Part shown: positions 26,620-34,107 of the stretch, one piece after another
Numbering within the stretch: position 1 is the first letter of the stretch
Layout of the letters: every line of letters begins with the position of its first letter
Assembly: GCA_964551525.1 (NCBI GenBank)
Contig: CAZKCH010000003.1
Span: forward strand, 1 to 46,777
DNA length: 46,777 nucleotides
DNA from: an uncultured Candidatus Saccharibacteria bacterium
Lineage (GTDB): Bacteria > Patescibacteriota > Minisyncoccia > Minisyncoccales > GWA2-46-15
Reading direction: 5' to 3'
The notes under the pieces: model-generated
The model's input: only the letters and a program-made list of their open reading frames with translations
The model's database searches: none
Told to the model about the DNA's origin: nothing
Position numbers and translations under genes: made by a program

Positions 26620-29600
26620 TTAATCTTTCGTTTGATCTTCTCTTTCTTCTTTAATTTTCTCCTTGACTTCCACGGCCAAACCCAATGATTTCAATTCGGC
26701 CACCAATAAATTGAAAGAAGCGGGGATGCTGGGATTTCTGATCGGCTCGCCTTTCAAGATTGATTCATAGCTGGCGGCCCGGCCCGGCACGTCGTCTGAT
26801 TTAATGGTTAAAATTTCCTGCAAAGTATGGGCGGCGCCATAACCCTCGAGCGCCCAAACCTCCATTTCGCCGAAGCGCTGGCCGCCGAATTGCGATTTGC
26901 CGCCCAAGGGCTGCTGGGTAATCAAAGAATAAGGGCCAATGGAACGCATGTGGATTTTATCCTCCACCATATGGATCAATTGCATCATATAGATTTCCCC
27001 GACCGTTACCCGATCCGGAAAAGCCAAGCCGGTCCGGCCGTCAAAAACCCTTAATTTGCCGTCTTCGGGATAGCCGGCTTTTTTCAATTCCTCTTTAATA
27101 TCTGCTTCCACTGCCCCCAGTAAAGCCGGGGTGACGGCCCGGTAACCGAGTTTCTTGGCCGCTAATCCCAAATGGGTTTCCAAAATCTGGCCTAAGTTCA
27201 TTCTCGAAGCCACGCTCAAAGGATTCAAAACAATATCCACGGGCGTACCGTCTTCCAAAAACGGCATTTCTTCTTCGGGCAAAACCGTGGAAATCACGCC
27301 TTTATTGCCGTGACGGCCGGCTAATTTGTCCCCGGCTTGAATTTTCCTCAACTCTGCCATTTCTACCTGAATCCTTTTTAATATTCCCGGCTCCAATTGA
27401 GCGCCCTTTTCCCTTTCCCAGGTTCTGACATTAATGACCCGGCCCCGCTTGCCGTATTCCAAAAGCAAAGAAGTGTCCTTAACTTCCCTGGCCCGTTCGC
27501 CGAAAATGGCGCGCAAAAGCCGTTCTTCCGGAGTCAAATCCGTTTCACCCTTGGGCGAAATCTTGCCCACTAAAATATCATGGGAGCCGACTTCGGCGCC
27601 GATTCTAACAATGCCCTCTGAGTCCAAGTCCTTTAGTTTTTCCTCGCTGACATTAGGAATATCTCCGGTGGTCATTTCCGGACCCAGTTTTGTTTCTCTG
27701 ATATCGCAAAAAAAGTTTTCCAAATGGATAGAGGCGTAAACATCTTCTTTAATTATCCTTTCTGACAGGATAATCGCGTCTTCAAAATTCCTGCCCCGCC
27801 AAGGCACAAAAGCAACCAAAATATTTCTGCCCAAAGCCAGCCAGCCGTTTTCAATGGCGGCGCCGTCAGTCAAGACCTGGCCGGTTTTTACTTTCTCCCC
27901 TTTTTTAACAATGGGCCGCTGGTGAAAACAAGTATATTGATTTGTCCTCACAAAAGTCCTTAATAAGTATTCGGTGGAAACCCTTGTTTTCTGGTTTTGA
28001 GTTTTAATATGGCTGCCATCCACTTCCGTCACCACTCCCTCGTCTTTGGCAATTAAAACCTGGCCCGAATCCTCTGCCACTCTCGGCTCCACGCCGGTGC
28101 AAACCAAGGGCGCTTCCGGATTCAAAAGCGGCACGGCTTGGCGTTGCATATTTGATCCCATCAAAGCGCGGTTGGCATCATCGTTTTGCAAAAAAGGAAT
28201 CATGGCCGTGCCGGCGGAAATCGCTTGTTTGGAGGAAACGTCAATGAAATCAATTTTTTCTTTTTCGATCTGGCCCGGTTCGCCGTGAATCCTCGCCGTT
28301 ACTTTAGCCGGAATAATTTTCCCGTCTTTATCAAGCGGCGTGCCGGCGTGGGCAATGCTATACCGCTCTTCTTCATAAGCATTTAAATAATGGACTTGGG
28401 AAGTAACTTTGGTTTTATCTACTTTAAAGTAAGGTGTTTCTAAAAATCCTAGAGAATTAATCCGAGCAAAGCAAGCCATGTGGGAAATTAAACCCACATT
28501 CTGGCCCTCGGGCGTCTGGATCGGGCAAATGCGGCCATAATGCGACGGTTGAACGTCCCTCACTTCCAGCCCGGCTCTTTCCCGAGCTAAACCGCCCGGC
28601 CCGGTGGCGGACAAACGCCGCTTGTGTTCCAACTCGGCCAAAGGATTTTCATTGTCCATAAACTGGCACAATTGGCTCGAAGTGAAAAATTCTTTGATTA
28701 CCGCCATTAACGGCCTCGGATTAATCAATTGCGCCGGCATCATCATCCCTTCTTCAATAGTTGACATTCTGTCTTTGATAATTCTTTCCATGCGTAAAAG
28801 CCCGACTCGCATCCGGTTCTGCAAAACCTCGGCTGAGGTCCTGACGCGCCGGTTGCCTAAATGATCAATCGGATCCGCCACTGCTCCGGGCGTATTATTG
28901 AGACGGATGACTTCACGAATAACCGCCACAATATCTTCCGGCTTTAAAACCCGATCTTTGATGGTGATTTCTTCTTCTTTCTTGGCTTTCTGGTCAAATC
29001 TTTGACTCACCCGCCAACGGCCCACTTTTGACAAATCATACCTTTCAAAATTGAAAAACATGCTTTCAATCAGTTCCCGAGCCGTATCCGGCGTGACTAA
29101 ATCGCCTGGTCTCAATCGTTCGTAAATTTCCACCAAGGCCTCGGCTTGATTGTGAGAAGGATCTTTTTTAATTGTCTCCTCAATGTATTTAATATCCGGA
29201 TCATTATCAACGGTCTGGAAAAGCTCTTTTAGGGCCTGGTCATTGGCAATGCCAAAGGCGCGCAAAATGGTGGTCGCCGCCACTTTTCTTTTGCGGTCGA
29301 TTTTAACGCCGATAAAACCCGAGGCATCGCTTTCCATTTCCAGCCAAGCGCCGCGATTGGGAATAATTTTCGCGCCAAAACATTTTCGTCCGCCCAATTG
29401 CTGGCTGGTGAAAAACACGCCCGGGGAACGGATGAGCTGAGAAATCGCCACCCGCTCCACGCCATTGACAATAAAAGTACCTCGCTCGGTCATCAAAGGG
29501 AAATCGGCTAAAAAGACCTCCTGCTCTTTGGTTTCTTTGGTCCGGATATTGACTAAGCGCGCCTTGACCCGCAAAGACGCTTCGTAAGAACCGTTATCGA

Positions 29601-29820
29601 GTTTGGCTTCCAAATCATCTTTATATTTCGGCTCCTCGATTTTAAAATCCGAAAACCAGAGTTCAAATTCTTTTTTGGTGTAATCGCGGATGGGCGACAC
29701 CTCGCTGAAAAGTTCTTTAATGCCGTTTTTCAAAAGCCACTGCCAGCTATCTTTCTGGAGAGCGCAAAGGTAGGGAAGGCGGAAAGAAACCTTTGATTTA
29801 GAGAATGATTTTACCTGCAT
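26620..29820 (-). CDS. rpoB: DNA-directed RNA polymerase subunit beta
   Basis: 1066 aa with conserved RpoB blocks throughout (for example GRHGNKGV and FGEMEVWALEGYGAA). Confidence 0.98.
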   Translation of the reverse strand: MQVKSFSKSKVSFRLPYLCALQKDSWQWLLKNGIKELFSEVSPIRDYTKKEFELWFSDFKIEEPKYKDDLEAKLDNGSYEASLRVKARLVNIRTKETKEQEVFLADFPLMTERGTFIVNGVERVAISQLIRSPGVFFTSQQLGGRKCFGAKIIPNRGAWLEMESDASGFIGVKIDRKRKVAATTILRAFGIANDQALKELFQTVDNDPDIKYIEETIKKDPSHNQAEALVEIYERLRPGDLVTPDTARELIESMFFNFERYDLSKVGRWRVSQRFDQKAKKEEEITIKDRVLKPEDIVAVIREVIRLNNTPGAVADPIDHLGNRRVRTSAEVLQNRMRVGLLRMERIIKDRMSTIEEGMMMPAQLINPRPLMAVIKEFFTSSQLCQFMDNENPLAELEHKRRLSATGPGGLARERAGLEVRDVQPSHYGRICPIQTPEGQNVGLISHMACFARINSLGFLETPYFKVDKTKVTSQVHYLNAYEEERYSIAHAGTPLDKDGKIIPAKVTARIHGEPGQIEKEKIDFIDVSSKQAISAGTAMIPFLQNDDANRALMGSNMQRQAVPLLNPEAPLVCTGVEPRVAEDSGQVLIAKDEGVVTEVDGSHIKTQNQKTRVSTEYLLRTFVRTNQYTCFHQRPIVKKGEKVKTGQVLTDGAAIENGWLALGRNILVAFVPWRGRNFEDAIILSERIIKEDVYASIHLENFFCDIRETKLGPEMTTGDIPNVSEEKLKDLDSEGIVRIGAEVGSHDILVGKISPKGETDLTPEERLLRAIFGERAREVKDTSLLLEYGKRGRVINVRTWEREKGAQLEPGILKRIQVEMAELRKIQAGDKLAGRHGNKGVISTVLPEEEMPFLEDGTPVDIVLNPLSVASRMNLGQILETHLGLAAKKLGYRAVTPALLGAVEADIKEELKKAGYPEDGKLRVFDGRTGLAFPDRVTVGEIYMMQLIHMVEDKIHMRSIGPYSLITQQPLGGKSQFGGQRFGEMEVWALEGYGAAHTLQEILTIKSDDVPGRAASYESILKGEPIRNPSIPASFNLLVAELKSLGLAVEVKEKIKEEREDQTKD

Positions 29821-29962
29821 AGTAAAAAATGTTTACCTTTGGGTATGGATAAGGCAAAAAACCCCTTTTAAGTCGGGGGCTGAAAAAAAACAATTTTTAA
29901 AGATTGAGTCGCCTTGACACTAAGGTCAAAGTTTTAAACTTTTAAAAAAGCGCAGTACCTTC

Positions 29963-29992
29963 ATTATAAGCACAACTCCTTATTCCCGTCAA
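29963..29992 (-). promoter_or_regulatory. Promoter candidate for rpoBC
   Basis: On the minus strand, TTGACG (29992-29987), an 18-nt spacer, then TATAAT (29968-29963). It is about 140 nt upstream of the rpoB ATG and abuts the IS target-site repeat. Confidence 0.4.
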
Positions 29993-29997
29993 CCCCC

Positions 29998-31049
29998 TGT
30001 ACTGGTTCATGACATATGATACACTTGCCACCACATGAAAGGCAGGTACAATGGTTGCCGTATGACTATCTACGGCACAGTAATTCCCCGAGCCCGGTCA
30101 ATCGCCTCCTGAGCTTGGCGGACAGAATCGTTAACCGCTAAGGCGAGATATAAGATGAAGATATTGGATTGGCATCGGATTCACGGAAACAATGCCTCTC
30201 TGCTGCAAGACATTTTGGTCTGGGAAGAATGACAATCCGGAGATGGTTAAAAAGGATTAAGACAATCGGCATCGTCGGTCTTAACGAATATTCCCGTAAG
30301 CCCAAAAGATTAAGGCAACCGACCACGAGTTGGGAGATAGTCAGTCAAACCGTTGAATTAAGACAACAATATCCGGCCTGGTCAAAGTATAAGCTGCAGA
30401 TTCTTTTAGAAAGACGGGGGATAAAAACATCGGTTAGCACGGTGGGACGAATTCTAAAAAGAAAGAGTTTGATCAACCGCAAGATTTCGCAAAAGAGGAG
30501 GAAAGCGGCTTTAAGGCCCAAAGCCAGGTTTCCCAAGGGGTTGGTCATCTCTCGCCCCGGAGACATGATCCAGATAGACGTTAAGCATATCATGCTTGTG
30601 GGCGGACATAGGTTTTACCAGTTCACTGCCATTGACGTCCTGACTAAGTACCGGATCCTAAGGATCTATCCGTCGGAATCTTCCCGTAATGGCGCCGACT
30701 TCCTGAAAGAATGCCTGAAGGAATTTGAAAGAATGACCAAGGAATATGGATTACCTCACTACTTCATTTACCCAAGGAATCCAAAACAGAATACTTACGT
30801 GGAAATCTCTCACGGAGCGGATAAACGGGAATTCTACCAGTAAGGCAATGTTTGTTCTTTCCTGGAAACCATGCGAGAAAGAATCAAGGGAAGACAGCTC
30901 GTCTGGAACACGGTCAGACCCCACCAGGCGCTTAACTATCTGACGCCTACTGAATACCTGGCCAGACTCCAAACTATCCCGCTTCCTACTCGAGATTTCA
31001 TCACATTACAAACTTAACGAGGTGTATCAGATGTATCTGAACCTGGACA
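29998..31049 (+). mobile_element. Decayed IS481-like (rve/DDE) insertion sequence, 1052 bp
   Basis: The imperfect terminal inverted repeats start with TGT: 29998-30024 against the reverse complement of 31022-31049, about 22 of 28 positions matching. The element is flanked by CCCCC on both sides (29993-29997 and 31050-31054). It encloses a disrupted transposase reading frame. Confidence 0.7.
30155..31017 (+). pseudogene. Disrupted rve-type (IS481-like) transposase
   Basis: The ATG at 30155 opens MKILDWHRIHGNN in a different frame from the HTH and catalytic part (30169 onward). The segment expected between ECLKEF and YGLPHYFIYPRNPKQN, normally holding the second catalytic Asp (TDNG-type block), is missing. 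An in-frame TAA at 30841-30843 precedes the conserved tail WNTVRPHQALNYLTPTEY, which ends at 31017. Confidence 0.7.
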
Positions 31050-31065
31050 CCCCCGTCAAGTCCAA

Positions 31066-31105
31066 AAATAGCACCTCCAAAGATCGGATCTTTGTGAGTG
31101 CTATT
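31066..31105. repeat. Palindromic repeat family 1, copy a
   Basis: AAATAGCACCTCCAAAGATCGGATCTTTGTGAGTGCTATT forms a two-tier hairpin (ATAGCAC/GTGCTAT and CAAAGATC/GATCTTTG). It overlaps the stop codon of the Y1 gene. Confidence 0.8.
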
Positions 31106-31832
31106 CTGCTTCTATGATCGGGTCACTCAAGCTAACCGCATTTCTTCGATTATTCAAATATTGTTTTATAATTTTTAAACAATTATTCCCGCCGCCGATC
31201 ATCTCTATAAAAAGTTTTCTTTCTGTTACTGATGGGAAGTTTTTCTTTCCTAAATAATCTTGAAAGCTTGACCATTTATATCCCTTCAAAAAGCTAATCG
31301 CTTTTTTAAAATCCCTTATTCCGGTCTCTTTCCATTTCGGAAAAATAATTGCCAATGAGTTGCTATGGATATAAGAAAATACAATCATTAATTGTTCGTC
31401 GTTCTTAATGTGAACCGCCCTAAACTTTCCGGCAAAGAGATGCCCGCTTCTCTTTCGCCGCTTGTTAAAATATGTGGCATACCCAATCCCAAGTTTTTGG
31501 ATAAATTTACTTATGCCAGCTGATTTTAATTGCCGAACTAAAAGATGGATATGATTCGGCATTAAGCAAAAAGCCAAAACGTCTACTAACTTTTTACGTT
31601 CGAGTAACGGGATATTTTTCGGGACTAAATTCTTATTAATTTTGATTAGATTTTTAAATCGTTCTCGCTCTTTTCTCCGGTCACGGATAATAACCGGCGC
31701 TGACGTATTAAATTCAAATAATGAAAAGATCCCGCGATAATAATCCTCTTTATCTAAAAATATCCTCCGTTGTTCTACGCCTCTGAGAATAACATGATAA
31801 ATTTCTCCTTCGACTAAGAGTGGCCGATTCAT
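31101..31832 (-). CDS. HUH/Y1 tyrosine transposase-like protein (IS200/RAYT family), copy 1
   Basis: 243 aa from MNRPLL. It carries the N-terminal YHVILRG..RRIF motif, the HUH motif PNHIHLL and the Tyr motif YIHSN. The ATG at 31859 in the ORF track lies inside the flanking repeat and was not used. Confidence 0.8.
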   Translation of the reverse strand: MNRPLLVEGEIYHVILRGVEQRRIFLDKEDYYRGIFSLFEFNTSAPVIIRDRRKERERFKNLIKINKNLVPKNIPLLERKKLVDVLAFCLMPNHIHLLVRQLKSAGISKFIQKLGIGYATYFNKRRKRSGHLFAGKFRAVHIKNDEQLMIVFSYIHSNSLAIIFPKWKETGIRDFKKAISFLKGYKWSSFQDYLGKKNFPSVTERKLFIEMIGGGNNCLKIIKQYLNNRRNAVSLSDPIIEAE

Positions 31833-31844
31833 ACTTTTACATTG

Positions 31845-31884
31845 AAATAGCACCTCCAAAGATCGGATTTTTGTGAGTGCTATT
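31845..31884. repeat. Palindromic repeat family 1, copy b
   Basis: It is identical to copy a at 39 of 40 nt. The single C-to-T change (31869) converts a G-C pair into G-T, so the stem is preserved. It lies 13 nt upstream of the Y1 gene start. Confidence 0.8.
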
Positions 31885-31888
31885 TACG

Positions 31889-34105
31889 TTATTTTTGGAG
31901 CTGGGAGAGCTTGGCTTTCAGGGTTTCGTTGTTGGGACTGACAAGCAAGGCCCGCTGTAAATAATCTATGGCTTTATTGATTTCTTTTTTCTTTTCGTAA
32001 GACAGAGCCAAAGAATACAAGCTGTCCAAATGCCGGGGATTGATTTTCAGCACTGCCTCGAATTGAGCAATGGCTTCGCTTGGCTTGTTCTGATTGTAGT
32101 ATAAGCGGCCAAGCTGAAAAATCGGATCAATATTTAAAGGATATCTTTCCTGAAGATGAATTAATTGCTCAATCGCGGGCCGGAAGCTCCCCTCTTTTTC
32201 TTTGACTAAAGCGGAAAAAAGGTACGGCTCCAGTAAATCCGGTTTAAGTATTTTTGCCCGAGCAAGGCTTTCTTTGGCCAGATCCAATTCATTGGCGGCA
32301 AAATATATTTTAGCCAAGCGAAGATGAAGCAGCGGGTTAGATGGTTCTAACTCAATTGCTTTTTGAAATGATTTAATCGCCCAATCTTGGGCGCCGTCTA
32401 TGGCCGATATCAATTCCTGATATAAGATGCCGGCATTTTCCCAAGCCGCCACCCAGTAAGGAAAACTAGTGGTGGCTTGATTGGCTGCGGTTGAAGCCGA
32501 AGAAACCATTTGGAAAATCCTTTGATTGTCCGCGGCCGAAACCCCTGGTTTTTGCGATTCTGCCAAGGCCAATAAAATGAGATTACGGCTCAAAAGAATC
32601 TGGTATTCGCCGGCACTGGGATTAATGGCCGCTGCCTTTTGGAGCAAGGCGATCTTTTCCTCGCCCAAATCCTTTTTCATCGCTACATTATATAAGTAAT
32701 CAGCCCTGACTATTTTGAAGCCATAGAAAGCAATATAAACAATCACGGAAATGGCAATCAAAGACCCGAGCACTGACGCCGTTCGCTGCCATAATTCAGT
32801 TTTGATAAAATTAAAGTGCGGCAAAGAAATTTCTCTTTTTTGAGCCGACAAGCCGGCGATCAGACCTAAAAACAGCCAGAATAAAAGAGATAAGGCGAAG
32901 TTTTGGTAATAAACCGCTTGGCCGATGACCACGGCCAGAAAAGTAAAACCGAGGCCGTTGTTCTTAATACAAGATACTGAATACCAAAGACCAAATATTA
33001 TTAATGCCAAATGAGCCAAAATCCCTATTATTCCGGTGGTGGCCAATATTTCTGCCAGGCGACTGATTGGCCGGTCAAATCTCACTTGCCACAATGGATC
33101 TTGGTTAAAATCCGGCTGACGGAAACGGGAAAAATCATAGAAAAAAGTGCCGGGACCGGACCCAAACAAGGGCTTAATTTTAAAGGCGTCGAAAGAAAAC
33201 TGCCAACTCGTTTCTTGGTCCAAAGTCACTTCTTGCGGCACAGACAAAAACCGCGTCGTCAAAGGCCTAATATTAATGGCTAATCCTAAAACCGAAATGG
33301 AAAACAAGACAATTAACGCCCAAGTTTTGCATCCCTTGAGCGAGGCCTGCTTGCCTTCTTTTAAAAAAGTAAAGGCCAATTGCAAGAAAGCCCCTGTTCC
33401 TACTATTATCCAAGCCGGGCTATAATCGACTAATAAAAGCAGAATTGAAGACAAAACAATTAACGCCTTGGCCAGAATATTTTTTCTTTCCAGCGCTAAA
33501 AAGATCAAGGGCGCTAAAAAGATCAGCAGACCCTCTAAGGACGGGGCGACCAAGTTAAAATTATTCGGCAAGCCCAGCCATTTCAGGCCGCCCAGCATAG
33601 CCAATAAGGCCATCGCCGCGGCTGTTAAGCCGGAGACGGATAAAGCAGTTTGTAGTAAGTAGTATGTAGTTTGGGTTTGGGTTTGGGTTTGGGAAATGAG
33701 CCGGCTGATGAAAAAATACACCATGGCCATTAAGGCCAGAATAATCAAACTGCCCGAAGAGCGGCCGTAAAATCCGAAAACGGAAAAGTTTTTATCCACT
33801 GAAAAGAAAGCCGAAACCACGTTTACCAATAGGGAAAGGATAACCAAGGCGTCAAAAGGCCAAAGACTTACCAGCCTACGGCTGGTCTGCCGAAGGCAGA
33901 AAACTTGAAACCGATTGACGACTTTCACCGCTAGGAAAACAAGGCAAGCCGAAAACAACAGAATCAGTTTCGGGAATTCCCAGCGCTCAAAAAAGAAGGG
34001 CAGCCAAAATAAGGGCAATAGAAATACTAAAACCGCGAACCAATTTTTACCGGCGAAGTTAAAAATCTTTTTCAGAAACATTTGAGGGTGATAATTTTTA
34101 ATCAT
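31889..34105 (-). CDS. O-antigen ligase-like (Wzy_C) polytopic membrane protein with C-terminal TPR repeats
   Basis: 738 aa with about 10 or more TM helices, a GSGPGTFFYDF-type motif, and a C-terminal third made of TPR-like repeats. Confidence 0.75.
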   Translation of the reverse strand: MIKNYHPQMFLKKIFNFAGKNWFAVLVFLLPLFWLPFFFERWEFPKLILLFSACLVFLAVKVVNRFQVFCLRQTSRRLVSLWPFDALVILSLLVNVVSAFFSVDKNFSVFGFYGRSSGSLIILALMAMVYFFISRLISQTQTQTQTTYYLLQTALSVSGLTAAAMALLAMLGGLKWLGLPNNFNLVAPSLEGLLIFLAPLIFLALERKNILAKALIVLSSILLLLVDYSPAWIIVGTGAFLQLAFTFLKEGKQASLKGCKTWALIVLFSISVLGLAINIRPLTTRFLSVPQEVTLDQETSWQFSFDAFKIKPLFGSGPGTFFYDFSRFRQPDFNQDPLWQVRFDRPISRLAEILATTGIIGILAHLALIIFGLWYSVSCIKNNGLGFTFLAVVIGQAVYYQNFALSLLFWLFLGLIAGLSAQKREISLPHFNFIKTELWQRTASVLGSLIAISVIVYIAFYGFKIVRADYLYNVAMKKDLGEEKIALLQKAAAINPSAGEYQILLSRNLILLALAESQKPGVSAADNQRIFQMVSSASTAANQATTSFPYWVAAWENAGILYQELISAIDGAQDWAIKSFQKAIELEPSNPLLHLRLAKIYFAANELDLAKESLARAKILKPDLLEPYLFSALVKEKEGSFRPAIEQLIHLQERYPLNIDPIFQLGRLYYNQNKPSEAIAQFEAVLKINPRHLDSLYSLALSYEKKKEINKAIDYLQRALLVSPNNETLKAKLSQLQK
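33669..33692. repeat. Hexanucleotide microsatellite (GTTTGG)x4
   Basis: A perfect tandem repeat that encodes QTQTQTQT in frame within the gene at 31889-34105. Confidence 0.85.
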
Positions 34106-34107
34106 TA

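Noticed and set aside
30841-30843. In-frame TAA in the transposase as evidence for stop-codon reassignment or an alternative genetic code
   Set aside because: All large conserved genes in the window are intact under the standard bacterial code and end at normal stops. The same transposase also has a frame break and an internal deletion, so simple decay is the better explanation.
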